Virus record (IMG/VR): IMGVR_UViG_3300047157_000068
Span: 32,001-96,000 of that record
Direction: 5' to 3' (one strand)
DNA length: 64,000 bases
From: a virus
Shown here: piece by piece, positions 11,321 to 23,904 of the stretch
How the letters are laid out: each line of letters starts with the position of its first letter
Numbering within the stretch: the stretch's first letter is position 1
The notes under the pieces: generated by a model
What the model was told of the DNA's origin: nothing
The model's input: the letters and a program-made list of their open reading frames with translations, nothing else
Database searches by the model: none
Translations under genes and position numbers: made by a program

Positions 11321-12342
11321 TTATGAATTCCAATATGGTTCAACTTTATCCATCAAAGAAAGAAGCTGTTCTTCATTATCAGGTTTTTGTAAAAACTCTA
11401 ATACTTCAGAAGGTCTTTTACCCATTCTTACACCACTGTCAATTGGTTCAATCCAACCACCAGCTTTTGTTGTAATAAATCTATAATAAAGACCATCTTT
11501 AATTAATGCTCTAATTTTTAATTCTTCCATTCCTAATTTTGAAACTTCTAAGAATTGAGAGGCTGCTCTTTTTTTGTTTGATTCAGCACCATGACCGTTA
11601 ATATATGTATCCATATTTTCATACATAATATCATTAGGGGTATTCTTTGTATACTGTACACTATCTACATCAGCTACTTTAGCTACATACATTAATTTTG
11701 TAGGGTTGCTATCATATAACTCTTGTAATGCTGACAATGCTTTATTTTTTAATCTTAGTTAATTCAGTTCTTGTTGTAAGTGTTTCCTCAACAGTATCTA
11801 AATAAAACTTAGGATTATTTTGTGCTTTTTTAGCTTCTTTTAATGAACCTGCAACTATAGAAAATCCTCCTGCTTTTATAGCATATAGTTTTATTCTATC
11901 ATATGGATCTACATCAGCATCTAAAAATACTGGATCATTACCACATCTTAATTGTATCTTATCCCAAAATTTAGAATTATCAGGTTTCATTACAGTTAGT
12001 TTATTCCAAAATTCTTTATCATCTGGATCAACTAAATTAGCTGCTAATTCTGCTTCTAGTTCAGAAACAACTTTTCTGATTTCAGCAATTTTCTTTTTCT
12101 TTTCTTTAGGAGGTAAGCATTTTTACTTCAGGTGCAAACTCATTTAATCCAGTAATATATCTTTTAACACCATTCATTTCTAAACATGCTAAAGACTCTT
12201 GATGAAATACTCCATCATGTAATGATAATCCATATTGTTCTAACCCCATATTTTCTTTATTTGGATTAAAATAAGGTCTTATAGCAATAGTGCTACTTTT
12301 TTTTGCTTGTTGATACTTTTCAACAATTGTGTAATCTTCCAT
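11321..12342 (-). CDS. Conserved structural-module protein (frameshifted)
   Basis: ORFs 12106..12342, 11742..11990 and 11321..11737 are contiguous across indels. Confidence 0.55.
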
Positions 12343-12467
12343 TTTTTGGTTTTTTTTAAAAATTAATAATTATTACTCTAGTCAAATAATGCACCGTAGT
12401 GTACAATCTATTATTACTAATATTTCTAAAGCAAGGTTTTACCCTTGCTAAAGTTTTTGACTATGTA

Positions 12468-12668
12468 TTAAACTACTATCTTCAAATCTCCTGCATTGAA
12501 TGATATATATCACCTTTAGCTAAACCAGCTGCTTTTGCTGCAGCATTATCAGCATAGATCTCTGACTAACATATCAATCCAAATGCTTTTGAAGCAACAG
12601 TATTTTATCTACACTTGAGTTTGAAAACTCATATGTTCTTGTTTGCTAATTTTAATGTCTAGTGCCAT
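12468..12668 (-). CDS. Small capsid-associated protein (frameshifted)
   Basis: Contains YADNAAAKAAGLAKGDIY and lies directly downstream of the major capsid gene. Confidence 0.4.
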
Positions 12669-12685
12669 GATTATCTATTTATAGT

Positions 12686-12725
12686 TAAAAATAAAAAGGG
12701 AGGAGGCATAAACCACCTCCCCTTT
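12686..12725 (-). terminator. Intrinsic terminator after the major capsid gene
   Basis: aaagggagg...cctccccttt stem plus T-run on the minus strand. Confidence 0.7.
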
Positions 12726-12736
12726 AATTATAGTTC

Positions 12737-14356
12737 TTAGAATGATCCTCCTGTAACAGGGTTTCTCATTACAATTTTTAGAACTTTGGTTGGATCTTTA
12801 ACCCATATAGCTGGCATGGTCTGAGTCATATAAACTCTGTATCCATTAAACTGACCAGTAGAAGCAAACCCTTGAGTTCTTCCCATGTAGTCCATAGTAC
12901 CATTTTGGTAGAACCACTTAAGTTGATTATCCCAAGAAAGTTTCAACAAGTGAATGTTGTCATTTCCTTCATCAGTTACATCAAAGATAATAAAGCTAAA
13001 TGAACTTAGAGGTCTACCATCAATTAATGGATTCTCAATGTCATTAGTATTTAAGTTATCAAATGCTGGATTCAATACAAACTTAACGTTAGCTAAGAAA
13101 GGAATAGTAAAGCTTGTGTAAGCAAAACCATAATCTAAATCCATACCAGAACCTTTAACAGCTCCTATATCAGATGCATTTTGAACTAAACCAGAACCAT
13201 ACACTTCATCAGCAATTGCTTTGTTGATTAGTTGCATACCACCAATACCTGTTTGTACAACAAGTGATCTTTGTGGGTCTGGCCCTTTAAATTCAACTTT
13301 ACCTTGATAGAAGTTGTAAAGCTCAGACTTAAACATGTCAAGAGTAAATGAAGACTTGTTATATACTCTTTTGAAAGAGTTATCTAACTGTGCCCATAAA
13401 CCTACAGATAATCTAATATCATCTGGTCCGTCTTGTTTAATTCTACCACCTTTACCCCACATTAGGTAAGTTTCAATATCCGTTGCAATTTTAGATAAGT
13501 GAGCTGCTTCCATATTTGTAATGAAAGTTCTTGTAAGAGTTCCATTTTCAAATGCTTCTCTTGCACCTGCTTTACCCATGTTGCTACTAAGTCCTTCAAT
13601 ACTAGGTACTGATGGATTGTTTGGATCTGTGTCAAAGTTTCTCCAGATTTCAGTTACAGGTACAGTACCATCAGCGTTTAATCCACCTTTGATCATTAAA
13701 TCTGCTCTTGAAGAAATTGAATAGTGTACGTGTGCTTCTGCTCCTCCTACAAAGTTGTAGAATTCACGGAAACCAGAACCTGTTTCAATGTCAGAGAATC
13801 TTTCTCCGTACTCACCTCTTGCAGAACCTTTTCTGAAGAATTTAGTACCTTTAGCTAAATACTTGTTATCCAAGATAGCCGCATTGTTGTTGTTAACTAA
13901 TTGAACAGTGTAAACAAAACCGTCACCTGCTGGGATAATATCATCTGCTGTGATGTAAAGTTCAAGTCCATTATACTTATCATAAGTAATAATGTCACCA
14001 TGTCCAAAAGTTCTTTTGTTAATTTTGATCTTAAACGTTGTACCATCTACACCTTTACTTGCATTAGCTGGTTCAATATCCGCTACTATGTAAGGAAGAT
14101 CTTGTGCAATAGGAGTTTGCCACTTGTACTCACCTCTAGCGTTATCCACCATGATTGTATTCTTTCCACCAAAAGAAGCCATTTGATATAAAGGCATTTC
14201 TACCTTTTGGGTCATAGCCCATAAATCAATTGGTCCCATATCCATAGGCTCAGGATTACCAAGCATTTGGGTAAGGTGATAAGAATCAACATGTGAACTT
14301 GCTTTGTAGCTTGTATCACGTAGGAAAATCCCATTATTTAAAACTGGAGTTGCCAT
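12737..14356 (-). CDS. Major capsid protein (crAss-like)
   Basis: 539 aa; gene order portal-scaffold-MCP; followed by a strong terminator; size and sequence character fit crAss-like MCPs. Confidence 0.8.
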   Translation of the reverse strand: MATPVLNNGIFLRDTSYKASSHVDSYHLTQMLGNPEPMDMGPIDLWAMTQKVEMPLYQMASFGGKNTIMVDNARGEYKWQTPIAQDLPYIVADIEPANASKGVDGTTFKIKINKRTFGHGDIITYDKYNGLELYITADDIIPAGDGFVYTVQLVNNNNAAILDNKYLAKGTKFFRKGSARGEYGERFSDIETGSGFREFYNFVGGAEAHVHYSISSRADLMIKGGLNADGTVPVTEIWRNFDTDPNNPSVPSIEGLSSNMGKAGAREAFENGTLTRTFITNMEAAHLSKIATDIETYLMWGKGGRIKQDGPDDIRLSVGLWAQLDNSFKRVYNKSSFTLDMFKSELYNFYQGKVEFKGPDPQRSLVVQTGIGGMQLINKAIADEVYGSGLVQNASDIGAVKGSGMDLDYGFAYTSFTIPFLANVKFVLNPAFDNLNTNDIENPLIDGRPLSSFSFIIFDVTDEGNDNIHLLKLSWDNQLKWFYQNGTMDYMGRTQGFASTGQFNGYRVYMTQTMPAIWVKDPTKVLKIVMRNPVTGGSF

Positions 14357-14419
14357 AATTTTTGATTGTTTTTTTGTTAATAATTAATTTTACTCTGTTT
14401 ATATTTAATTTACTTCTAA

Positions 14420-15760
14420 TTAAATTCGTTTAAATATGTTGGTTAGGTCTTTGAATCTTTCTTTTTGAGCTTTTCTTTGAACTTTCTTTTCTGCTTGATT
14501 AACACCTAATGATGCTCCACCTGCATTTGACTGTTCACTCTTAAGTTTTCTAACCGTTTTTCTCAACACTCTTTTGTGCACCCTTATCCATTATTTTTGC
14601 TTTATATCCTGACTGGATCTTGTAATAACCACAAGCTTCAGAAATTAATGCATAATTAGGTTCCACAAATTGATATTTTTCTAGTAGGTGTCCTAATAAA
14701 TTAGTATTACGTTCCACTTACTGATGGATAATTAGGTTGAACTAAACCATTATATAACATGGCTTGAGTTTTTCTATCTACTTTAATATCTCCTAATTTA
14801 CCTTCTTTTAATGTTTCATATACATTTTTCATGTACGCTTGAGATGCATTTTCTTGTTGTTTCTTTTTAAGCTCTTGCTCTTCTAATTTTTGTGCAACAA
14901 CTTTTTCTTGCATCTTATCTAACTTTGGTTTGAACTTACTTGCTTGTGTTTCAAGCTTACCTAAGTCTTTCCAAATTTCTATTTCTTCTTGAATATCTTC
15001 AGCAGTACCATAACCTGTTGCACTTAAATATTCTGTTATAATTTTTTCTTGATCCAGTGACTTTTTTAATATCAACTGGTTTATAGTTTCCTCTACTTGT
15101 GATAGTTGTGAAAATAAGCCTTTAAATCTTTACCACCATCTGCAACATATCTTGCTGCTATTTGTAATTCTTGTGGTAAGCTATGAAAAAATTGCTTAGG
15201 TGTTTCACGTCTTACTTGATTAGCTTTTTCTTCTAAATTAGCTTCAATAAGCTCCTCCCAATCTTTTGCAGTATACTCATCTAAAGTTCTTTATCATCAT
15301 CAAAAGGAACTATTTTATCATCTTTAATTAGTTTTGACCAAATACATCAGATATACCGTTAATAGATCTTTCTGCCTCTTTTTTCTTTTTTGTTTCTACT
15401 ACTTCTTCAGTTTCTTCTTGTCTAAGTTCACCAAAGATTTCTTCAACACTTTCTTTTAGAAGTTTCTTTATTTTCTTAACTACCTCTTCAGTTTCAGTAG
15501 TTTCTTTTACCTCTTCTGTAGCATTTTCTTCTTTTTCTTCTGATTTTGCTAAATCATCTGTTGCATCATCTTTATCAGGATCAGCAAAAGACATATCAGC
15601 TTTTTCAGTTAAGCCCTGAGAAGATATTTTTAGGTTGAGATTTAGTATCTTGAATCATATCAGCACCACTTGGAGCAGCGTTGAATATCTCATCTAAATT
15701 AACTTCTACATTTTGTGCTACGTTACTTTTCACAGGTTGTGTTTCTGTTGTTGTACTCAT
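14420..15760 (-). CDS. Acidic scaffolding-like protein (multiple frameshifts)
   Basis: Starts MSTTTETQPVK; E/D/K-rich fragments 15328..15594 and 14707..15075; ends NIFKRI*; sits between portal and MCP. Confidence 0.6.
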
Positions 15761-15889
15761 AATATTTGTTGGTTTTAATATTAATAACTTCTTACATATA
15801 TAATATAAGAAATGTTTCTTATATAATTGTCAAGTTAAACTTAAAATATTTTTAAAAAAGTGAAAGTTTTTTGCAGTATATAGCTAACG

Positions 15890-18647
15890 CTACTTTTTAT
15901 CTTTCTTTTTTTGACATCATACTTATTTTTGTTCTCTCTTGCTATTTGTAGTTTAGTATCAGCTATTTGTTTTGAAGCAGCAATTTTTTCTCTTTCAACA
16001 GCTAATCTATTATTTTCCATGAGCATGATTTAGACAGCACTTTCTTCACGTTTAAATTCATTTGTTCTCTATACTGTGTAGTTTCTCTAATATCTTTCAT
16101 AGCATCTTGATAATCAGATTGTTGATTTTGATTTAATATCAACCATTGATCCATATCCTGCTGATCTTATTTCAGCTAATAGTAACATCATTCTGTCTGT
16201 CTTTATCATTTTCAGACATTTCAACTTGAAGTTTTTGTTGTTCTTCTTGTTGCTTTAGCTTTTAAGTTGTTGCTCTTGCATTTGACGTTGCTGTTGCATT
16301 TCTTCTTGTCTTTGCTTCTGAATTCTAGTTTCAGAATCTTTAAGTATATCTGATACTTCTGCAATTGAGTCTGCTTTAACAATATTACCTAAGTTCATAT
16401 ATACTTGCTCCTGTAGTATTATTAGTTAAGAGCCATTTGCTTTAAGTTTTCTAATATAGCTCTATGATTAGTTTTAGTTGTTGCAAATACGTTAAAGTCT
16501 CTAAGTAATAAATCTGTACCATTTATTTGGAAATTAACTTTCTCTGCTTCTGTAGATATATATTGTAGTCTAATACTTGGATTAGTACTATAATAATATT
16601 GTGCTAAGTCAGTTCTCATTTGATGTATACGTGGCATCAAATGATCAGAGTGTTGTACAAAATACATCTCTGTTTGTGCATATGATTGTTGCATAGCTTG
16701 TACAACCCCTGTAGCGGTTTGAGCTGATACAGCTCCTCCTAGACGTTGTGGGTTAATACCTATTGCATCAAAACATTGTTGTTTAAAATAATTTGCAAGT
16801 TGAATTCTAGACATCAATCTATTAGTCTGCTCCATGTTTAGAGTTTGATAATGATTAAAGTTAGTTGCATTCTCAGTATTTGTAATAGATGTATCAAGAG
16901 GTAGCATTTGAAAATCTTTCATTGCTACGTATGCTTTTGCATAATTGTTCTTACCCCAGTCTTCTCCCATTGAGTGACGTGGCAAAGCATTTTGATCAAA
17001 CATTATTACTGTTCCTAATTCATCTATTAGAATGTCAGCAATCTGGTTATTAACCATATTGTATCCAACTTGATATGCTTTCATTAAATCAACTAATGAT
17101 GTAGATCTAGTATTTCTATCTGAAAATACTCTACCTTCTACAGGTAATTTACACCCATATAAGTGATGTATCTCCTTTAAATTGAAATGGTAATCTACCA
17201 GGTTTAGTTCTATTAATTCCTAAATAAATAGGATTAACATTATCACCCATTGTAGATTGCCACATAGCTGGTAAGTTTGGTCCAATTTTTACACCACCCC
17301 ATACTTCATTTATCCAAATCCAATCAATATGTTCACCTTCTAATAAATTATCTTTTGTCTTTTGTTTAAATATAGAAGTATCATATATGGCCTTTTTAGT
17401 AATCTTAAAAGTCTCATCTATGATCTCTTGTGTTACTTCACCATCATCTTCTATTTTAGTTAAATGACCTACTCTACGTTGTGTTTTCCAATATATTGTT
17501 GCAACTCTCATTAAGTTACCTTCACCCCACATAGATACATCTTCATTCTCATCTAGTATTTCACTAAGTATATCTCCACCTCTTGCAGGGATCATTCCAA
17601 TAATTACTAGTGTATTGTCTATAAGCTAACCTGGCGCATTAGTATTCCATTCATGTGATCTTGTTGCATCATAATATGCACCATCATTTTGATAGCCATT
17701 AACTTGATATTGTGCAGATTTAGCTGGATATATCTTTTGTAAAGATTTTAATTGTTTTTCATCCATTAAATAACCATATCTATCAACTACATCTGATACA
17801 GTCATTAAATCTACTTTACCAGCATAATTTGAATCTGCAATATATCTTTGATCTGGAGATTTTTGATAGAAAGTTAATACAGGATTCCATAGCTCTACAT
17901 CATAGTCATCTTCTAACATTCTAAAATGCCAGAATTCTCTATCTGCAATAAGCATATCACGGAAACCTCTTTCTTCAAGTTCTTGCATTTTGAATCTTTC
18001 TTCATCTACTGCAAGTTGATGTGATGCCCACTCTTCTACCATACTTCTGTAAGACTTACTAAAAAAGTCTTCTATTTCTGGTAATGTTTTTAAACCTTCT
18101 GGAGATAGTTGCTTTTGTGCTTCTTCTGAACAGGGTCCATACCCATCTCAACCATCTTACCAACTAAGTTTGCTTCTGCTTCTGCTAATAAAGCTTCTTC
18201 TATTTGAACCTTTTTTGCGTCAAGCATTTCATTATAAGATGCATCATCAACAGCTCTAAACTGTACTTTAGAATATCTTTTAGCAAACTCCCCTGTAAGA
18301 ACATTTATTACATTAGGTACAATAGGATAAAATTTTAATTCTAATGCTGAGTCATTCTCAGCAGTTAAAGTATCCATAAGATCTTTATATTCATTATCTG
18401 GCTCAACAATATAATCTGTTTTATCAATTATACCTTTAGCTAACTTATAATTTTTAAGAAGTCTTCTAGAATTTTGACGTAGAAATTCAATACCTTGAAG
18501 TTCTAACCAATCTAAATTCCATGCTGCCCAATCATCATCTTTTTGCTTATAAGGTAAAAACTGAACCGGTTGTGTTAAGCTAGAAAATGTAGGCCCGCTT
18601 TCAGCTTTTGCCCCATTCTTCATTTGCATTGCATTTAATACTCTCAT
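15890..18647 (-). CDS. Portal protein (multiple frameshifts; 3' end approximate)
   Basis: Fragments 18090..18647, 17626..18042, 17149..17595, 16422..17084 and 15841..16026 join into a protein of roughly 900 aa directly after the terminase, with a Gln-rich coiled-coil C-terminus. Confidence 0.8.
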
Positions 18648-18658
18648 ACCTGTTTAGT

Positions 18659-20850
18659 CTATTTTATATTCTTGAATCCGGATCTTCTTATTTTAGAACC
18701 ACCAAATGTCTTGTTACGCCCAATATTTCTAAAAGGACCATTATACTTTAATTTACTCATTTTTTCTGAATTATCCAAAGAATTACCTTCAGATTCACGT
18801 CTCTTAGTATAACCTCTATTTGACTGTTGAATTTTAACAAATGCAATTAATGCACCAAATGTTACAAGTCTATCTACGTTTAATCCAGGATAATATGCAA
18901 GCATTTCTTTTAATAAGCATTGGATCAGGTATTCTTTCTATACCTAATGTTTGATTCATGACATTACCATTTTCATCTAATTCTTCATCTATTACTTCTC
19001 TTAAAAATTCAATAGCATATGATATTAAATGACTTTTAAATAATGTACCTGTATTTTTCCAACCATATTCTTGATATACAGTTCTATTAGATCCTAAGTC
19101 TTTTAAGAAAAGTATTTGCTGCTTAGGTACAAGATATCTTTGTTTTTTTCTAGCAATCATGTGTTGAATAAATAATGATATATTATTTTCAACAATAGTC
19201 CATGCATTATACCACTCAATGATCATTTCTAATCTTTCGTGTGTTTTATTTATATCATCAAAACGCCCACACCATGCAGCAACAATTTTATCTTTTTCAA
19301 TAAATTGTTCTACTTCACCTGACGCAGTTGTTCTTATAACTTCTACTAGCATTTTTGTATATGTATATACTACATAATGAATCAGATGTTGTTGTTTTTC
19401 CTTCTGACACAGGGTCAATTGATCCATAATACTGGCCAAACTCAGGACTTTTTACTGGTCTTTCCCAAACAACTATTGATCCTGTTTTATCAATTTCTTT
19501 TTTATTTACAGGAAAAGAACTTATAGGTAGCTTTCTAGTACGCTTTGCTACTATACCTGTTTTATCTCTATCTAATTCAATTAACTCATAGGGGTATTCT
19601 TTCTCTTCTATACTTTTTAATTGCTTACTTAAGATACCTTGTGGAAAGATAGACTCTTTTCTATATGCAAATGCTTCAGCTATATTAAGTGGTTTTTGAG
19701 ATATTCTTAATTGATACTGTTCTCCACTTAATTCATTCTTCCATCTGCTTCTTTCAATTATTATAGCCTCTATTGCTTCTTGAACTTGTGAGTTACCGTA
19801 ATCATCAATATAAGGCGGCATAGACCATTGTTCTGGGATAAATAATCCTGCCATACCAATTGCTCCCTCAGCATCCATTAGATTTGTTTCTACAGCATAT
19901 ATATCATTAGCACTTGGATTAAGTATCATTTCTTTTAATGGACCACATTGTTCTAAATCACCCACTGATCCAGCAGCTATAAACATACCTGTAGTCATCA
20001 TACCGGATGACATTGCAGGACGCAAATACTCATATGTCTGCATCATGTTTTTAGCAATTCCTGCCTCCTCATGAAAGAAATATGTACATGGACCCCCTAC
20101 CCCTGTAGTAGCATTCTTTTCAAATGAAGCACCTTGTATCTTTGATTTGAGACCTCTTGATGTTTTTCTATTGTTTACTTTGACCTCAATTTGCTGTTGC
20201 CATAGTAAAACCTTTTCAGGATTACTTGGTCTATACCATGCGGTATGTTCATTAAGAAATGTTTTATATTCTTCTAAAAACTTCCATGAACCTTTATCAT
20301 TAATATAATCTTTTAATGATGCTCCTACTTTACAAATTGAACCTTCTTCAAACCAATATTGATTTATAATCTTACCCATATGAAAATATGAGGATGCTAT
20401 CTGACGTTTTTTAAGTATTGCAGAATGCTGATTATTTAACTCAGCTAATAGCTCATATAAAGCCATGTGATACTGTGCATCTCTTACCTTAGCAAAACCA
20501 TAATGCTTTTCTTCTTTATCAAATATTGGTAAGAAGTTTAACCACATGTAATAATCTCTAGTTAAATACCATTCATTATCACCATCTTTATATATAACTC
20601 CTACTCTACATTTATTTTTTTGATCTTCCCAATAAGCAGTAAAATCTTTTGATCTAAATGGCTTATTACAATAAAACCCTTGCTCATTAAATACCCTTGC
20701 CTCTTTATTAAATTCAAAAGCTATTTTAGTAAAATTATATTTACCAGGTTCTTTAAAAATACTATATAGATATTCTGCAAAGTCTTCATCACTTTTAAAT
20801 GATGTTACATCCCACTTTCCATTTTCATATGTAGGTATGATTCTACTCAT
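18659..20850 (-). CDS. terL: Terminase large subunit (two frameshifts)
   Basis: ATPase motifs LKKRQIASSY and FFHEEAG; nuclease motifs YYGSIDPV, IVENN and NVDRLV across ORFs 19315..20850, 18870..19439 and 18659..18904. Confidence 0.85.
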
Positions 20851-21121
20851 ATCTTATGATAGCATATACATCACCTACTTGTAATAACAAATGATCTTCT
20901 CCTTGGTGTTTCATTGGTGTAGGCATTGCATGTTCTGCATATTGAACAACATCACCTATTTGTATTTCAGTAACCTCATCACCTCTACCTACCACTTTAC
21001 CTTGAAATGTTTGCTTAAGTGCTATCTCAGGTAGATATAACCCTGACTTAGTTTTTGTTTCTGGTTTTATCTCTTTTATTAAGAGTTTCATCCCTACTGG
21101 TACTACTACTTGATTTTTCAT
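20843..21121 (-). CDS. groES: Co-chaperonin GroES-like protein
   Basis: VPVGMKLLIKEIKPETKTKSGLYLPE...GKVVGRG..V..IQIGDVVQY Cpn10 signature; probable start MKNQVVV. Confidence 0.85.
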   Translation of the reverse strand: MKNQVVVPVGMKLLIKEIKPETKTKSGLYLPEIALKQTFQGKVVGRGDEVTEIQIGDVVQYAEHAMPTPMKHQGEDHLLLQVGDVYAIIRYE

Positions 21122-21200
21122 TTTTTTTATTTGTTGATTTATAATTAAATTCCGGTTCATCCCAATAGCAAAATAACCATTGTGTTTTGTTTTTACTCAT

Positions 21201-21719
21201 CTACATTTGATCATAAGCAAGTCCTGCACCTCCACGTACTGAGCTTTCTTGTTCTTGTCTCATATCTGTAAATGCACCTTTATATGACTGTCTTATATTT
21301 TCAAACTTAGCAGCTGCATTTACCATAGCATTGATATTTCCGTCTCTACCGTGTTCTATTGCCGTAACTTCCATATACTTAGCCAATCTATCTAACATAG
21401 ATTTTATACCTACATATGCTCTATATGTTGGAGTTTCATATAATTTCTTACACATATCTAAAGCATATCTTATTTTACTGTCTTCAGGAGATTCTTCAAG
21501 TTGTATTTCTTCTATAATTATATCCTCTTTTTCATGTTCAGGTAAATTAAAAAAAGGATTTAGATCAGGATTAGGACATGACATATAAAATAAATATTGG
21601 TATACTGCCATATGTGTATCAGGATATTCTTCCATTATACCTTTTAAAAATGGTAATGCATAACAGTGTTCTGTTAATACAACTTTACTATTTTGAATAT
21701 CAAATAATCTTATCACCAT
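21201..21719 (-). CDS. Hypothetical protein, candidate terminase small subunit
   Basis: 172-aa helical protein just upstream of GroES and TerL; the function call is positional only. Confidence 0.35.
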   Translation of the reverse strand: MVIRLFDIQNSKVVLTEHCYALPFLKGIMEEYPDTHMAVYQYLFYMSCPNPDLNPFFNLPEHEKEDIIIEEIQLEESPEDSKIRYALDMCKKLYETPTYRAYVGIKSMLDRLAKYMEVTAIEHGRDGNINAMVNAAAKFENIRQSYKGAFTDMRQEQESSVRGGAGLAYDQM

Positions 21720-21979
21720 TATTTATTTATTTTTTGAAATGTTAATACATCTTTTTTTAATTCTTCATATCCAATAACTAAAATGATTGGTTTAGTTTGA
21801 CCAAATAGCAATACTTCTGCATGTGTATTCTGAAACTTATCTGTAGCTACATGAAAGTATTCTTTAAACCACACTACTTTACCTAGATCAATACATATTT
21901 TTGTTTGCTCAAATCTAAAATCAGTAGGTACTTTAGATTTTCTTGATTGTATTTCTACTGCTGCTGTATATTCTTTCAT
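21719..21979 (-). CDS. Hypothetical protein
   Basis: ORF coupled to its neighbours; probable start MKEYTAAV. Confidence 0.5.
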   Translation of the reverse strand: MKEYTAAVEIQSRKSKVPTDFRFEQTKICIDLGKVVWFKEYFHVATDKFQNTHAEVLLFGQTKPIILVIGYEELKKDVLTFQKINK

Positions 21980-22791
21980 AGTTTGTTGTCTTTTAACCAC
22001 ATTATAATAGAATTAACTTCATCCTTTAGATATGGTAGTTCATAGATTTTAATATTTTCTAAAACTGGCTCTCCATTTACATGTTCATTAATAGGATAAC
22101 CATTAGCATCTTCACCAACTTGTTTAAACTTTACATGTTGTATAGTTAGTTTGCCTATTTTTAATTTAGGGTTGTGCTTTTTAATAATATACGCATAAAT
22201 ACTGAGCTGTAAGTTATAATGATTTAAATTACAATCATCTAAATGATTAACAGGCTTATACATTTTATTAGTTATTCCTTCCCAATTAGTAAATCCTTTT
22301 TCTTTTATTTCTTTATTTGTCTTGTAATCATTGATATTTATGTAACCATTAACTACTTCAACTACATCTGCTTGACCACATAAACCAACTGATTTTAAAT
22401 ATACTAAATGTTCAGGATAAACTCCTTCATCAAGTTTTTGCTTTGGTGCAATTTTAATTCCTTGTTCATCAATAATAGGTTTAATGATAGGAACTTCCAC
22501 ACCATGTCTACCAATTGTTTTAAGATCTAGCATATCCGCTTCTCTTTGGTTATGATAAAAGTTACCAAGTTTAATTGCTCTTTCAGTTTCACCATCCCAT
22601 GCAGCAATAATCTCTTTTGGTGTCATACCATACCACTTAGATCTTTTATTCTTAGATGATTTTTTGGCTTGACCATCTCTATCAAACTTAGGTTTAAACT
22701 TAGCAATGAATGATGTTACACTTAGCCAGTTTATTTTTTCTTCGTTAGTGCTTTCATACACATGACCTTCTTCTATAAATTTTAGTCCCAT
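21976..22791 (-). CDS. PD-(D/E)XK exonuclease-like protein
   Basis: SVTSFI, GNFYH, PEHLVY, GQADVV, DYKT and YNLQLSIY motifs. Confidence 0.8.
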   Translation of the reverse strand: MGLKFIEEGHVYESTNEEKINWLSVTSFIAKFKPKFDRDGQAKKSSKNKRSKWYGMTPKEIIAAWDGETERAIKLGNFYHNQREADMLDLKTIGRHGVEVPIIKPIIDEQGIKIAPKQKLDEGVYPEHLVYLKSVGLCGQADVVEVVNGYININDYKTNKEIKEKGFTNWEGITNKMYKPVNHLDDCNLNHYNLQLSIYAYIIKKHNPKLKIGKLTIQHVKFKQVGEDANGYPINEHVNGEPVLENIKIYELPYLKDEVNSIIMWLKDNKL

Positions 22792-22869
22792 ATCTATGAT
22801 ATTGTAGTATACCAGTATGAGTTAGTATTCTTTATCTCTAAAGAAGTTACAGTATCATTGTATACATAG

Positions 22870-23205
22870 TTAATTATTAATTTCATTATCTTCTATTTGT
22901 TTTGTTATTAATTCTTCTTGTTCTTCTGATGTATATGAATCCCAATATCCTTTTGGACACTCAGAAGATAAAGATCTTACTTTAAAAGCTAAACTGCAAC
23001 CACAACTTGCACAACAAGGCTGAGTACCAGGAGCCATACACTTATCACCTCCTGCATCAAATAAAGAACATTTGATACAAACCTGAAATCTATCAGTTGC
23101 TACTGCTTCAATGTGTTCTTTTTTAAAAATGCTATTCTTAATTCCTTCTGCAATTTTATCTGCATTTTTAAATACATCAAGATATTTACTCCACTTCCCT
23201 TTCAT
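22870..23205 (-). CDS. Cys-rich Zn-binding hypothetical protein
   Basis: RFQVCIKC...CCASCGC...KVRS...ECPKGYW pattern. Confidence 0.6.
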   Translation of the reverse strand: MKGKWSKYLDVFKNADKIAEGIKNSIFKKEHIEAVATDRFQVCIKCSLFDAGGDKCMAPGTQPCCASCGCSLAFKVRSLSSECPKGYWDSYTSEEQEELITKQIEDNEINN

Positions 23206-23551
23206 TTCTAAATTCTTTTTTCTTTAGTATGTCTTTTTCTAATTGATCCATAGCGGCATTCATTTGCTTTATGTTATTGTGAATTTCTTCACTTTGTGCA
23301 AAACCGTTATATGTTCTTTTAGTTATATTACCCAATAAACTTTTGTTTTTTAAAATAGCCTTTTCAAGTTTATTTTTTCTTAGGTAAAATGTACCTAATC
23401 CATCTATATTTATTCTAGGATAAGCTAAGGTTGAAAGTTTCTTTCTAACTTTTGCATAATAAAATGATATAAAATCATCTACAACTGATGGATGAACTCC
23501 AACCTCATCTGCAATACCCTTTCTCAAGTCTTTATGATTCTTCGGATTCAC
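23186..23551 (-). CDS. HU/IHF-like DNA-binding protein
   Basis: IADEVGV....VDDFI...RINIDGLGTFYLR HU/IHF signature. Confidence 0.65.
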   Translation of the reverse strand: MNPKNHKDLRKGIADEVGVHPSVVDDFISFYYAKVRKKLSTLAYPRINIDGLGTFYLRKNKLEKAILKNKSLLGNITKRTYNGFAQSEEIHNNIKQMNAAMDQLEKDILKKKEFRNEREVE

Positions 23552-23903
23552 GGCCTAATATTTTATAGTCTAATAAAACTAGACCATTGGATTGAACATT
23601 AATATTAGGATTTAATTTAATTGTTTTTTTATTGTGTCCCGTTTTAATCAATAAACCCTTTTTTTCTGCCTTAGTAATAGCATTTCTAGCAGATTGTGCA
23701 CTTTTAAATATGTTAGTTTCAACAGTATTAGTGCAAAATTTAGTTAATTCAACGCCTTTTTGTTTTGCTAATTCACTTAAAAAATCTAAGTCAGAATTAC
23801 TTATACGTATATCATTAAAGAAACAATATGTGACTATCTGATACTTTATTGATACATTGATATCTACTTGGTGCTTAAGATCTACTTTATTTACTAGTGC
23901 CAT
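23532..23903 (-). CDS. Hypothetical protein, possibly winged HTH
   Basis: SAQSARNAITKAEKKGLLIK resembles a wHTH recognition helix. Confidence 0.45.
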   Translation of the reverse strand: MALVNKVDLKHQVDINVSIKYQIVTYCFFNDIRISNSDLDFLSELAKQKGVELTKFCTNTVETNIFKSAQSARNAITKAEKKGLLIKTGHNKKTIKLNPNINVQSNGLVLLDYKILGRESEES

Positions 23904-23904
23904 T

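Noticed and set aside
11321-20850. Stop-codon reassignment (TAG or TGA), as seen in some crAss-like phages, to explain the fragmented ORFs
   Set aside because: The breaks I checked are frame changes (for example an extra base at KNA/VEV in TerL), not in-frame stops. TAG and TGA end genes normally, and there is no suppressor tRNA.
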